Positions 24,200-38,593 are shown, counted from the first letter of the whole stretch. The stretch is DNA of 63,627 nucleotides, filler included, from Octopus bimaculoides (GCF_001194135.2; 4 parts of 3 records of this genome joined end to end with filler, not necessarily neighbours in it); one strand, 5' to 3'. The notes: generated from the letters alone by a model not told the origin. A program made the numbers and translations.

Positions 24200-24760
24200 A
24201 CTTCTTTCATTTTTCAAAATTAAGATAAACAAAGTTCTTTTTTAATCTAAAACTCTCCTTCATTTTCTATAACGCTCTTCCATCTACCTGGTAGACTTGC
24301 AAGACCCCTCTTCTAAAATTCACTTGTCCGTAACGAAAAACATTCCTCCAGTACCGTTCTGTACTCGTCTACAGAATTCATAATTTTTCCGCCCAAATGA
24401 TTTTGAAGACAGCGAAAAAAATGATAACCAAATGGGGCAATGTCCGGCAAATATGATGCGGGGTGGGGTGGGGGGCATTTTTTCCCATTCAAACTGCTCC
24501 AGCCTTTGGAATATCATCCTCGCTGTATATGGTGAGCATTATTCTGATGGAAGAATACCTTTCGTCTTGAAACCAAATATGGTCGTTTTCCTTCGGGCGC
24601 TGACTTGAATGACTGGTTGAATGAGTAAATCCAAGCTTCTCTGCTAGTTCCTCAACAGCTAGGATGGGATTTTGTTCCACCAGGGTTTGCAAGGCGTCCT
24701 CGTTGAACTCAACATATCTTTCAGGGTGCAGCTTGTTTTCTACACAAAGATAGTGTAGTC
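24200..24760 (-). mobile_element. Mariner transposase relic, internally deleted and frameshifted
   Basis: EFNEDALQTLVEQNPILAVEELAEKLGFTHST (HTH region); LEQFEWEKMP...DIAPFGYHFFRCLQNHL (HPPYSPDLAPSDY-like); GLASLPGRWKSVIENEGEF. Confidence 0.85.
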
Positions 24761-25027
24761 TTAAATATTTTATGTTTCAGAAAAGACATAGTTTGGTTAG
24801 AAGTTTCTAATGACAGTTCTGCTTGATTGGTTCGGCCTCCTACGCTGAACAATATGGCAATTATATTATCTTACATGGAGAGATTCAAGGTTTTTGAACA
24901 GTCTATCGTAGGTCCGTTTACGATTCATGTTCTTGGACATGGAACTAAACAGGACTATGTATACATATTCATGTGTTTGTGTGTGTATGTGCGCGCGTAT
25001 GTATGCATATGTATATATATATGGATG

Positions 25028-25098
<71 letters not shown>

Positions 25099-25117
25099 GT
25101 GTGTGTATGTATACATA

Positions 25118-25340
25118 CACGAGTGAGTACTGAAAAGTTCCTGGCTTTGGGCGAAAGAAAATGCAAGAGGATCAGTTAATTATGATTTTATTCAACATAT
25201 TCCCCTCTCAGATTCACACACTTATTGCAGCGGCCCTTCAGTTTCTCTTAGCTCTGTAAAAGAACTCGGAAATTTGGGCCTCCAACCCGGCCTTTCGCAA
25301 TACCCTTAAAGCCAAGAACATTTAAGCAACCCCCCTCATA
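25118..25340 (-). mobile_element. Mariner-derived MITE, second copy of 11336-11556, opposite orientation
   Basis: Degenerate TIRs CACGAGTGAGTACTGAAAAGTTCCTGGC and GCCAAGAACATTTAAGCAACCCCCCTCATA; the interior is the reverse complement of the 11.4-kb copy. Confidence 0.82.
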
Positions 25341-25496
25341 TAACTAAACAAAAATATATGCATATATATTTGCGTGTGTGTCTGTGTTTGTCCCCACCAC
25401 CGCTTGACAACCGGTGTCGGTTTGTTTATATCGCCGGAATTTAGCGGTTCCGCAAGAAAGAGGGCGATAGAATAAGTACTAAGCTGCTCTTGATGT

Positions 25497-25616
<120 letters not shown>

Positions 25617-26417
25617 AGCAGTTGGTTTTTCTCCTGCTACTGCAGCTACGGTATTAGTCGATTGTAGAATCCTTTGCCGTTACAAAACTATGTTTCTCAT
25701 CACAGCTTCGGTCCTTGGCAACGGTGACCTCGTTGCGGTCCGTGAGCTACAGGCGGCTAGCAAAGCTACTGTGTTGAATCGTTGGGTTATGGTGCTCCAG
25801 CATGGAAGCAACTAAATAAAAAAAAAATATCCTTCTACAGAGTTTTAATTACTAAACTAGAATGATTAGTTTCTGCTTGTTTAAGGGTTCTTATTGAATC
25901 ATCATTTTTGCAGCTTAAAAATCTCGCTGATAGATTTTTTTTAAGGTGTTAAGGAAAGATGACCCTGAAAGGGGGTGATGGTGTGTAGAGAAGAGGAAAT
26001 TTCCATATTGCTTCAAAGCATCCATTTTCCATCCGATCATCCCGCTCATCCTTCTCCTCCATCAATCCACCCATTCATCCATCCATCCATCCATCCATCC
26101 ATTCATCCACTCGTCCAAACAACCATCTACCCAGCCAGCCAACCAACCCATCCGTCCATCTTGTACTGAAAGTTGTTTCTCGACAGAATGGCGACACTGT
26201 TTCTTAGAACAGGATCCTTTCAAAACATAAGATGTCAGTGCATGTCAGTGCACGTCAGTGCATGCCGGTGCACGCCGGTGCACGCCGGTGCACACGTTGC
26301 AAAATTTGCCATTCAGTATATTCAATTACCGTTTTTTGTCACTTGCTTCATTTCCTTTCATCTCGATGATGTGTATTTCGAAAAGGTACAGTATGTTTTT
26401 ATTTGTATCTTCATGTA

Positions 26418-26464
<47 letters not shown>

Positions 26465-27098
26465 GCGCGCGTGCGTGCGTGTGTGCACGTGTGCGTGTGT
26501 GTTTAAGTTTTACGTTTACACACACACACACACACATACATACAAATATATATATACATATATATATGTGTGTATGTGTGTGTGTGTGTATTGGTTAAAC
26601 CAGCAACATGACCATCCCCAAATANNNNNNNNNNNNNNNNNNNNNNNNNNNNNNNNNNNNNNNNNNNNNNNNNNNNNNNNNNNNNNNNNNNNNNNNNNNN
26701 NNNNNNNNNNNNNNNNNNNNNNNNNNNNNNNNNNNNNNNNNNNNNNNNNNNNNNNNNNNNNNNNNNNNNNNNNNNNNNNNNNNNNNNNNNNNNNNNNNNN
26801 NNNNNNNNNNNNNNNNNNNNNNNNNNNNNNNNNNNNNNNNNNNNNNNNNNNNNNNNNNNNNNNNNNNNNNNNNNNNNNNNNNNNNNNNNNNNNNNNNNNN
26901 NNNNNNNNNNNNNNNNNNNNNNNNNNNNNNNNNNNNNNNNNNNNNNNNNNNNNNNNNNNNNNNNNNNNNNNNNNNNNNNNNNNNNNNNNNNNNNNNNNNN
27001 NNNNNNNNNNNNNNNNNNNNNNNNNNNNNNNNNNNNNNNNNNNNNNNNNNNNNNNNNNNNNNNNNNNNNNNNNNNNNNNNNNNNNNNNNNNNNNNNNN

Positions 27099-27432
27099 CT
27101 TCATCGACCCCGAAAGGATGAAAGGCAAAGTCGACCTCGGCGGAATTTGAACTCAGAACGTAAAGACAGACGAAATACCGCTAAGCATTTCGCCCGGTGT
27201 GCTAACGTTTCTGCCAGCTCACCGCCTTACTCTTTTATTTCTTTCAGCCATTTGACTGCGGCCATGCTGGAGCACCGCCTTTAGTTGAATAGATCGACCC
27301 CAGGACTCATTCTGTGTAAGCCTAGTACTTATTCTATCCGTCTCTTTTGCTGAACCGCTAAGTTACCGGGACGTAAACACACCAACATCGCTTGTCAAGT
27401 GACGGTGGGGTGAAAAAGACAGACACACAAAC
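27099..27432 (-). mobile_element. SINE B right half joined directly to a SINE A head and body (A 27099-27229; B 27230-27432)
   Basis: Junction ...CTCACCGCCTTA/CTCTTTTATTCTTTCAGCCATTTGACTGCGG. Confidence 0.8.
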
Positions 27433-29073
27433 ATATATATATATGCTCCTTATAGGAGCATAGGGCTAGTTTCCTGGTGGAATCAAATTTAACATGTTTA
27501 TGTCCATTCGAACTCGGAAAGACAATAAGAGTATACGCTACACAAATAGTCTCCTGAGAAGAAATTCTTCTCATGGGCAACACGTGTGCAAACATACAAC
27601 AGGCTATGAATGGCGTCAGCGAATTGTATACCGTAGCCATGAACGACGGCTCCGTATATGCAGCTGATGAAGCGTAACGATACAGAAACACATGTCTCCT
27701 CCGATCCGGTAACGTTATTCATGGCTTAGTTGTGTGTTTACACCCATATTGTCTATAAGAAGAACTTGTCCTCTCGAAACAATTTGCACAATGTATTGAA
27801 AATTCATTTCCTAGTGTACATGAACATCTTAAATATGATTGCACACGCTTATATTTTATTCAAAGTTTCTTAGTGCGCCTCTAATTAATTAATTCCACCT
27901 TGATGAAAGGTACCATAAGGAAAGATACCATTTACTATTCTTATATAAGAACGATAAGCTCTTATTAGCCATTAACGACTGTTCGGTATCCGCTGCTTCC
28001 TTATGACGGCCCATCAGAAATGAGTCTTTTCTTTTACTTGTTTCAGTTATTTGGCCGAAATGAGCACCGCCTTAAAGGGTTTTGGTCGAAGAAATTGACC
28101 CTAGGTCTTCTATGTTGCATATCTATGTTGCATATCTAGTTGAATATCTAGACATGCCCATATATATTTAAATGTTAGACTTCTGGAAAGTCTTAAAGAT
28201 TTTTACAGTTCCTGTGATGAATTGGATCTGTAGTCTTCGAATTAGCTTTCTCTATTCTGGTTTTTGGGAAGCCTAAGATTGGTATTTAGGCACTGTGTTA
28301 CATATGTATGTATATATGTATGTATGCATGTATGTATGTATGCATGTATGTATGTATACATGTGTGTATACATGTATGTATGTATGTATGCATGTATATA
28401 TGTATGTGTGTGTATACATATATGTAAGTCTGTATGAATACGATTACATATATAAGCATGCGTGTGTGTATGTATACAGATGCGTGTGTCTATACTTATC
28501 ATTGTATGTATATGTGCCTTAGTGCGAATGCGTGTTTGTTGATGTTTGTGCAACTCTGTACGTGTGTATGTGCGCATGCGTGCTTCTGCATGTGTATTTA
28601 TAATTGTGTTTATGCACTTATGTATGCGCTTATCATTGTGTATATGCTTATGCATCGTTATAACTGTATATGTGCATGGCTATGTATGCGTGCTTATATG
28701 TATATGTATGGTCATAGATATATGTGTGCGTTTGTGTTTATATTTACAAGTGTGTTTATGCATTCAGGGCCATGCGTGTGTTTGTGTACAAAGACTATGT
28801 GTATGTGCGGGCGCGTGTGTGCGTGCGTGTGCGTGCGTGTGTACGTGTGTGTACGTGTGTGTACGTGTGTGTACGTGCGTATGTGTACTTATATGTATAT
28901 TAATGGTTATGTGTGAGGAGCCTGCGTGTGTCTCTGCAGTTAGGAACATAAGCATGTGTCAGTGTATATATGCATGTATATATATGTATGTATACATACA
29001 ATGTATGAGTGCATCTGTGGGTATATGTGTGTGTTCGTGCGTCTGTGTGTGTGTGTGTGTGTATGTTCGTGCG

Positions 29074-29128
<55 letters not shown>

Positions 29129-29551
29129 GTGTGTGTGTGTGTGTACGTGTCTGTCAGAGTGCATGGTTTAGAGGGCCTTACTACCGATATGTTTATTTTA
29201 CCATGTGTTCTGTTGATGTGAAATGGGTGTAAAGAAGGAGTAATATAAGATGTCTAATGTGAGTACCAGATACTCTTTCCCTTAACTCATTTATGTCAGC
29301 AGTACACTGGCAGACAACACATCCTAGACAAAACCTTCTTTATATTAAATCCTCAGGTCTTAATCTCAGTATTTACATGGACTAAATACACACATATTAT
29401 ATGTAGGCATTTATAGAGAGATATAGATGCAGATTTATATATATCTGTGTGCGTGTATATATGTATGTATGTATAAATGTATGTATGTATTCATGCATGC
29501 ATGTATGTACATATAAATATGCATGCATATATCTATATATATATGCACACG

Positions 29552-29587
<36 letters not shown>

Positions 29588-29694
29588 GTGCATACGTCAT
29601 ATATATANNNNNNNNNNGTTTGTTGTCTACACACCTGTCTGCGTTTTTGTTTTTTTGTAAATTCCAACTATATATATATATATATATATACTTA

Positions 29695-29855
29695 GGCGCT
29701 GGAGTAGCTGTGTGGTAAGCTTATTTCCCAATCACATGGTCCCGGGTTCAGTCCCATTGCGTGAAACCTTGGGCATATTGTCTTCTACTATAGCCGCGGG
29801 CCGACCAAAGCCTGTGAGTGGCTTTGGTAGTCAGAAACTGAAAGAAGCCCGTCGC
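29695..29855 (+). mobile_element. SINE family B left half
   Basis: GGCGCTGGAGTAGCTGTGTGGTAAG...GGAAACTGAAAGAAGCCCGTCG-type sequence followed by (TA)n. Confidence 0.8.
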
Positions 29856-30171
29856 ATATATATATATAGATGAGAAAATTGGTTTCGAAGTTAGGTTTTG
29901 CTCTATAATTTTTTCCTCTCAGTGAGGTGAATTTCCTTATTTAAAAGTGTTAGCAATGGTTAAGTTTGGGTTTATATTTTTGAATGAAGAAGGTTTCCTT
30001 ATTCAATCTAATTTGTGTTGTTGTATTAATGGCACATTGATAGAAAGGAAAGATTATAAATTGTGGTAGCATTTGTTTTGCGCATTTCTCAATATGCTCA
30101 CTAAAGGGTATCATTCGGTATTCTGGGCATGCAATCTGCTGTCGATGCAGAGTGCATCTGCGTCTGAGCGT

Positions 30172-30271
30172 NNNNNNNNNNNNNNNNNNNNNNNNNNNNN
30201 NNNNNNNNNNNNNNNTTAATTAATTAANNNNNNNNNNNNNNNNNNNNNNNNNNNNNNNNNNNNNNNNNNNN
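30172..30271. other. Artificial scaffold spacer: 44 N + TTAATTAATTAA + 44 N
   Basis: The identical 100-nt layout occurs at 48108-48207 and 57728-57827; the 12-mer has TAA in all six frames. Confidence 0.9.
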
Positions 30272-30299
30272 TATATATGTATATATATGTATGTGCGTA

Positions 30300-30523
30300 T
30301 ATGTTTGCATGTCTGTGTTAGTCCCCCCCAACATCGCTTGACAACCGATGCTGGTGTGTTTACGTCCCCGTAACTTAGCGGTTCGGCAAAAGAGACCGAT
30401 AGAATAAGTACTAGGCTTACAAAGAATAAGTCCTGGGGTCGATTTGCTCGACTAAAGGCGGTGCTCCAGCATGGCCACAGTCAAATGACTGAAACAGGTA
30501 AAAGAGTAAAAGAGAGTAAAGAT
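30300..30523 (+). mobile_element. SINE family B right half
   Basis: CATCGCTTGACAACCGATGCTGG...GGTGCTCCAGCATGGCCACAGTCAAATGACTGAAAC with an AAAAGAGT tail. Confidence 0.85.
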
Positions 30524-30529
30524 TGCAAA

Positions 30530-30909
30530 AGTAACCTTTCTTAACCTTAAAAATTGCTTGATTTTAACCAGCCTTTTAAATCCTAAAGAAGACTCAGATC
30601 GACCATTGCAACTGAAATCATAGTAACCTTGGAAGATAGACTTGACATTTCTTACTAACCAAAGAAAGCTAAATATGAGGACTTGGTTCATAAAGCTTTT
30701 GTCAAAGAATGACATGCAACCTTGTTCTTTATTGAAGTTGGCTGTCTCAGCTTTCCAGCAAAATTCGTTTGCCATTTCCTGCGGAATATTGGTTTGAAAC
30801 CCAAACGGCTGAACAAAGCCACTGAGAAGACATGACAGCTGAAACCATCTCAAGATGGATGTGGTTCACAAGAGATCACAAATGGAACCCTTCTGCAAAC
30901 AAGGGCTAA
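30530..30909 (+). mobile_element. HERO-like RLE LINE, 3' endonuclease fragment
   Basis: VTLEDRLDISY*PKKAKYEDLV...ATLFFIEVGC..FPAKFVCHFLRNIGL and, after a frameshift, AETISRWMWFTRDHKW. This resembles TVPWEDR..ERKKAKY..PIEVGCRGF..AEKASRWLW of HERO-type elements. Confidence 0.7.
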
Positions 30910-31296
30910 TTTATTTCTCACTGCTCTGTACATGTAAATGCACAGGCTAAGGGGCAACATGTTTGTAACTCTGAACTCCCAACTGAAGAAATAAAAGGGC
31001 TTTCCACATTGCAAGTAGCTTTAGTCACCATCAGGAAAAGAGCTTGCAATATCTTAAAGTAGATCTGGCAGTTTCTATATGGGATAGACTATCTTTGACC
31101 ATTCACCTATTTAAATGTAAATCCAGTCTCAGAATTTTACAAACAAAATGTTCTAAACACTAATTTAATAATGGGGAAAGTGGTTGCTTTATTAAATCAG
31201 CCCAAATTCTTGATTATTTTACAAATTAATTAAAACACACAGACAATTATTAGAAATATGAGCCATGAAAAGTAAAGATCCCCTTTGGTTGTGAAT

Positions 31297-31545
31297 TACC
31301 ATGGGACTGCACCTAGAAAGTTACCCTCTGAGGTACAATTCCAGGCAAGGTTGTTCATAGAAGACCAGCAGTCGCCCATGCATACCAGCCTCCCCTTTCC
31401 ATGCCACCAATGTTATCCAAGAGAAAGGTAAAGGCCAATGCAGATTGGTACCAGTGATGTTGCAACTCATTTCTACAGCTGAGTGAACTGGAGCAACGTG
31501 AAATAAAGTGTCTTGCTCAAGAACACACCCTAGTCCAGGAATCAA
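31297..31545 (-). mobile_element. SINE family D fragment
   Basis: Shares the CAGCTGAGTGAACTGGAGCAACGTGAAATAAAGTGTCTTGCTCAAG block with 15760-15803. Confidence 0.65.
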
Positions 31546-31664
31546 ATGAAGAATAGATGCAGTGAATTGTTTAGCTAAAATCTTTCAAAGAAGTGCTCCA
31601 GCATGATCACAGTCCAATGAGTGAAACAATAGAATAGATAATATATAATAATATATTCTTTCTT

Positions 31665-32090
31665 TCATTTTTACTTGCTTTAATTTTTGAACTGTGGCCA
31701 TGCTTGAAGAGTTTTAGTCAAAGGAATCAACCTCAGTATTTTATTTACTTTCTCTTTTTTTTACAAGCCTGGTACTTATTCAATTGATCTATTTTTGCCA
31801 AATTGCTAAGTTACAAGGATGAAAACAAACCAGCACCGGTTGTCAAGCAGCAGTGGTTGTCAAGCAGTAGTGGGTGTCAACCACAAACACTCACACACAC
31901 AGATATATACATATATTTATATCTATCTATAAATACACACACACATACACCATGGGCTTCTTTCAGTTTCCATCTACCAAAACCATCAAAAGGCTTTGGG
32001 CAGCCTGGGGCTATAGCAGAAGACACTTGCTCACACAGCTTAACTCAGTTCCATATGACTTGAAGCTTCATGGGTGCATAACTGAGTCAA
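31665..32090 (-). mobile_element. SINE family B, old diverged copy with an internal CA/TA tract
   Basis: Both halves are recognisable, including ATGGGCTTCTTTCAGTTTCCATCTACCAAA. Confidence 0.65.
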
Positions 32091-32207
32091 ACTGTTATTA
32101 AAACTATATGTTACTTCAACCAAATGTGCTGAGTGGCACTTTCTTTTGTTTGGTCACTCACTCATGTGTGGTGTGTGCATGTGGTGTGTTTGTATCTATT
32201 TATGTAT

Positions 32208-32246
<39 letters not shown>

Positions 32247-32431
32247 TGTATATATACATATATATTATATATGCATGTGTATATATATGTGTATGTGTGT
32301 GTATATATGTGTGTGTATATATGTATGTATATATATATATGTGTGTCTATATATATATACATGTGTGTAATTATATATACATATATATGTGTGTGTGTAT
32401 GTATGTAAGTATATACATTTATATGTATGTA

Positions 32432-32489
<58 letters not shown>

Positions 32490-33467
32490 NNNNNNNNNNN
32501 NNNNNNNNNNNNNNNNNNNNNNNNNNNNNNNNNNNNNNNNNNNNNNNNNNNNNNNNNNNNNNNNNNNNNNNNNNNNNNNNNNNNNNNNNNNNNNNNNNNN
32601 NNNNNNNNNNNNNNNNNNNNNNNNNNNNNNNNNNNNNNNNNNNNNNNNNNNNNNNNNNNNNNNNNNNNNNNNNNNNNNNNNNNNNNNNNNNNNNNNNNNN
32701 NNNNNNNNNNNNNNNNNNNNNNNNNNNNNNNNNNNNNNNNNNNNNNNNNNNNNNNNNNNNNNNNNNNNNNNNNNNNNNNNNNNNNNNNNNNNNNNNNNNN
32801 NNNNNNNNNNNNNNNNNNNNNNNNNNNNNNNNNNNNNNNNNNNNNNNNNNNNNNNNNNNNNNNNNNNNNNNNNNNNNNNNNNNNNNNNNNNNNNNNNNNN
32901 NNNNNNNNNNNNNNNNNNNNNNNNNNNNNNNNNNNNNNNNNNNNNNNNNNNNNNNNNNNNNNNNNNNNNNNNNNNNNNNNNNNNNNNNNNNNNNNNNNNN
33001 NNNNNNNNNNNNNNNNNNNNNNNNNNNNNNNNNNNNNNNNNNNNNNNNNNNNNNNNNNNNNNNNNNNNNNNNNNNNNNNNNNNNNNNNNNNNNNNNNNNN
33101 NNNNNNNNNNNNNNNNNNNNNNNNNNNNNNNNNNNNNNNNNNNNNNNNNNNNNNNNNNNNNNNNNNNNNNNNNNNNNNNNNNNNNNNNNNNNNNNNNNNN
33201 NNNNNNNNNNNNNNNNNNNNNNNNNNNNNNNNNNNNNNNNNNNNNNNNNNNNNNNNNNNNNNNNNNNNNNNNNNNNNNNNNNNNNNNNNNNNNNNNNNNN
33301 NNNNNNNNNNNNNNNNNNNNNNNNNNNNNNNNNNNNNNNNNNNNNNNNNNNNNNNNNNNNNNNNNNNNNNNNNNNNNNNNNNNNNNNNNNNNNNNNNNNN
33401 NNNNNNNNNNNNNNNNNNNNNNNNNNNNNNNNNNNNNNNNNNNNNNNNNNNNNNNNNNNNNNNNNNC

Positions 33468-34090
33468 TTCCGATCTGGTGGTGGGGGGGAGCAGTAGTTA
33501 TGGTAGTGGGGGTGGTGATGGTGATGATGATGATGATGAGTAGTGAGATTAGTAATTATAGTGGTGGTAAAGATGATGATAATGGTGATGATGATGATGG
33601 TGGTGGTGGTGGTGGTGGTGGTGATGGTGGTGCCAATTGCGGTTATGGTACTGAGGTTGATGATGATGCTGAAGGTAGTGGTGATGATGACGATGATGAT
33701 GATGTGCCTGTGTGAATTGAAGTGGTGGTGATGTTGGGGATGGTGGAGGGTTCAATGGTAACAATGGTGGTGGTGGTGGTGGTGGTGGTGGCAGTAAAGG
33801 TGATGGTGGCGTCGGTGGCGGAGGAGTGAAGATGGTGGTTGTGATGGGTGAGGGTGGAAATAATGATGAAGGCAATGACGACGGTGAAGGGTGATGCGGA
33901 CGATAATAATGATGACGACGGTGATGACGATGGTTGTGAAGGTGTGGTGGTGGTGAGGGTGGTGGCAGCGGTGATGGTGGGGGCAGCGGTGATGGTGGTG
34001 GCAGCAGTGGATGTGTGTAATAGTAACGGCAGGTATGACGCTAGGTGTTGCTATGTAGCGTTTGTCTAATTGGCTGGTGGTGACGGTAGC
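33468..34090. repeat. Degenerate (GGT)/(GAT) trinucleotide low-complexity tract
   Basis: Visible by eye; gives poly-G/D/V/H pseudo-ORFs in several frames. Confidence 0.9.
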
Positions 34091-34339
34091 AGTGTAAACT
34101 CGTTAATGAGAGGACAAATGGACATAAAAATGAGAAAGAAGAGAAGCAACACTGAGAAGAGGACACAGAAGCAGCTAACAACATATATTGTAAGATAGAC
34201 TAGAGATGACGATGATGATGATGCTAATTATAACGAAGAGGAGAATAGTTAAGATTACGTTGATTGCGATTGGCTCCCCGCAGTACATAACAACCAATAA
34301 ATACTACCTTTGAAGTGAATTAGAACAGTACAGAGTTAG

Positions 34340-34475
34340 AAAGACAGAGTCATATAGTCATGTGACTACAGTGGAAACACAGTCATGTGACTATAGTGGT
34401 GACACAGAGTCATGTGACTACAGTAGAGATACAGTAGTGTAGTCATGAGGTTAGAGTAGAGAGACAGTCATAGAG
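34340..34475. repeat. Minisatellite (25-27 bp) carrying AGTCATGTGACT three times
   Basis: Exact 12-mers at 34356, 34381 and 34408, with degenerate flanking units. Confidence 0.8.
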
Positions 34476-34537
34476 TCATATGACCAGCTCTGCAAAGTCA
34501 CTGAAGTGTGTTTGTTGTTGGCACCCATCATCTAAAG

Positions 34538-34782
34538 CCGTGGTTCTCATCTAGGTATTCATATAGAATTTCGTTGTTAGAATTTATTTACAATAAACTA
34601 ATTACACTTCTATAACGCACAAAATATTTTAATTTGTTTCTTAATATAATTCCTGATAATACTTAAGGATAAAAATATAAAATGATTTTTTTTTAAATAT
34701 CGAATGATTACGACGGTCCACCCTAAGTAAAGTAGGAGTTAAAGGGGTCCTTAGGTTTTAAAAAATGGTTGCAAAACACTAG
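34538..34782. mobile_element. Possible hAT (Charlie-like) MITE
   Basis: Left CCGTGGTTCTCA and right GGTTGCAAAACACTA resemble CAGTGGTTCTCAACC-type TIRs; the TSD is not convincing. Confidence 0.35.
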
Positions 34783-35864
34783 CGTGAAGGAAGGGGTTGT
34801 TCTTCACAGACAAAACCCAACGGCAAAATATATATTCACGGCCAAGTCTGCTGGAATATTTTAAAAATAAAAACAGGTATCTTTGTTTTGATTTTCAACA
34901 TTTTGTGTGTCTGTAATAATTTAAAAATTGGTAGAGCGTCAGTTCTCAAGTCAGTGCAGCACAGAATTTCCTGGAAGAAATTCCCTCGCAGTCAACAAAG
35001 TGGGGATTACACAATATAGTCCCTGAGTGATCTAAGTAGTCCAACACTCCCTCAATTAGTGCCCCACTATCACTGAAATAAGGGGCTGCATGTAATAGGA
35101 CCTTAAATCCAAGAACGTGGGGGTAATTAGAATAATAATTAAGGGATCTGTTGATTTAGTAAACTTTTTCTAATTAGCACAAGTTTAGTCGACAACAATA
35201 ACAATATCTTTAATAAGAGCAGCATCATGATCATCATCATTATCATCAATATTCTCATCAGTAATTACAACAATGACATCATCAGTCCCATTAACGAATG
35301 GTGTCATTAACAACGCTGTCATCATCATCATCATCAACAACTACTAAATACAACTTAGTCAATGTTAAATTGTATGGAATTCTATGAAGAGATGCAATCT
35401 GAAATGCAAGCAACACATGAATATATACACCCATGAATATTTACACACAAATATACACGCATGAATATATATATATATATACGCACAATAAGATGTGCAT
35501 ACAATCATGAATATATACTTTACGCACATGAACATATACATACAAACATGATTATATAGATACACGCATGAATAAATACACATAAATATATACATACATA
35601 TGCATACACGCATGAATATATATACATGCATGAATAAATGCACAAATGCATACACTCAAATATATACATACATATGCATACACACATGAATATATACATA
35701 CCTGCATGTATGGATATATATATACACATAAATATATACACGAACATATGCATAGACACATGAATATGTACAAACAAGACAATCACGCATGAATATGTAC
35801 ACACAAATATATACAGATGAATATATACAAATATATAAACATGAATATATACAAATATATACAC

Positions 35865-35922
<58 letters not shown>

Positions 35923-36408
35923 GGATATATATGAACACACATGAATAAAAACACACAAATATATGCATACATGCATGAATATATACATACATGCATGCAT
36001 ATATATGCACAAATATATACATATATGCATAGATATATACACAAATATATACATACACACATAAACATATTCATATTCTCACTCACAAAAATTCATAGAC
36101 ACATATATGTTCAATCACATATACACACATATATTCAGTCACATATGCAAACACGCATTGGTACACTTACACACACACACACACACACACTGGCATGCAT
36201 TCCAACACTCACACCTACACACACACACACACACACACATACCCTTACTCTCCTCCTACAACCCCCACCCAAGTTTCTTTTATGCCAATGGTGTTCTGGT
36301 TAATTTACTTCAAGACATCAAAGGACAAAAAGAACACATTTTCTGTATTCGCCAACAATGGCCGCGCGTGTATGTATATGTATGTGTGTGCGTGTGTGTG
36401 TGTGTGCA

Positions 36409-36472
<64 letters not shown>

Positions 36473-36545
36473 CACATATGCACACACACATATGCTCACA
36501 CAAACGTATATATATATATATATGAAATATATGTATGTGTGTATA

Positions 36546-36583
<38 letters not shown>

Positions 36584-36698
36584 TAAGTACATATGTGTGT
36601 GTGTGTGTGTATACATAAAGATATCAACATATATGCATATGATGAAATATATGATTTTTATATATTTATATGATTCTTGATGACACACGAGATTGTTT

Positions 36699-36763
<65 letters not shown>

Positions 36764-37454
36764 ATGTTAGTGTATGAGTGTGTGTAGATACATTCTTCAC
36801 TGATTTTGCTTAACCATCCTTCCATCTTAGCATGGTTTTGGACAGGAATTGATTTGTGACAAGATTTTACAGTTGCATGCTCTTCCTGTCACCAACGCTT
36901 AGCTGTTTTCCACATAAGGGAAGTCTTTGAAGACCCAAAGTGAACCTTCAGAACATTAACAAGGAATGTCAACATCAGGGCTGCTTCACTGAAATCAAGA
37001 CAACAAGAGATAAAAGCGCACACACACACACGCACACACACAATGGGTTTACAGTAGTTTACATCTACTAAATTCCATCATACGTCTTTGGTCAGACTCG
37101 AGCCACATTAGAAGACTTTTACCCAAGGTGCTACACAGTGGGACTGAAGCCAAAACCTTGTGTTTGTAAAGCAAGCTTCTTAACTACAGAATTTCAGTAG
37201 ATTCTGGTGAATTATAAAACCTGTGACAACGGCAGCATGAATAAAAACCAGTAACGCTGTCACACTGCCTGAATACTCACGTGATACACACACACACATA
37301 CATACAAACATCATAATCACACACACACACATACATACAAACATCATAATCACACACACACACATACATACAAACATCATAATCATAAACACACACATAT
37401 ATATACAAACATCATACACACACACATACACACATATATATATACAAACATCAT

Positions 37455-37493
<39 letters not shown>

Positions 37494-38274
37494 CACAAAC
37501 ATCATACATACATACAAGTGTCATACATGCACACATACTAATGCTAAAATAAGCATAACTTTTATCATTAACCGACAAAGATGTTTGAAATTACAAAAGA
37601 CATGATTTTTTTAAAAATGCTAAGACAGGTGACATATATAAAAAAATCAAAGAAGCGGCAGAAATGATTGAAACAATGATGAATCAGTAATAAATGATGA
37701 GGAGAAGGGAGGGCAAGGTTTGAGATGCTGCAGCTGCAAAGATAATCCAAAGCAAAGATATCAAGAAAGAGAATGAAAGTAAAAGATGCTATAGTGATGG
37801 AACAATAGGAATATTATTTCAGATTTATTATATTCGTCAATTAAGTCAAGTTCAGTGGGTTACAGTTCCTAAGTAAACACTTCTGTTCATGTAAGCAAGT
37901 GCATAGTAATTCATTACACTTGTTCAGTCCATTTCCATCATTAGTGAAAGCATTTCCTTGCCTTCACTAATATTATTACAGCCCTTTCCTAAATTTAATT
38001 ATTAATGTCTGATTCAGAAGGTAAAACACTTTCAAGTGTGGTACAGATTTTACACAGAGACTAATGATAATTGTAGTTTCAGAGTCTCCTTGAGAATGTT
38101 CAAACCATTTTGGTAGATGATGGTGGTTTCTAAAAACGGACAACACCAGCATGAATGTAAATTAGCAACACTAACACAGCGTATATACTACCGTCTGCTA
38201 ATGACAGCAAAGTGTGATTTATAATTACACATCTCTGCTGGAAACATTGGTCCATGAACAATAATAAAACATAC

Positions 38275-38536
38275 TCTTTTACTCTTTTACTTGTTTCAGT
38301 CATTTGACTGCGGCCATGCTGGAGCACCGCCTTTAGTTGAGCAAATCGACCGCAGGACTTATTCTTTGGAAGCCTAGTACTTATTCTGTCAGTCTCTTTT
38401 GCTGAACCATTAAGTTTCGGTGATATAAACACACCAACATCGGTTGTCAGGCGATGGCAAGGGAACAAACACAGGCGCACACACACACACACACACGCAC
38501 ACGCATGCACACAAACTCACAAATATACATATATAC

Positions 38537-38593
<57 letters not shown>

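Noticed and set aside
27660-27705. CTGATGA...GAAAC-ACAT-GTC hammerhead-like string
   Set aside because: No stem I and no credible stem II. The overlapping ORFs at 27395-27722 also show no recognisable protein.
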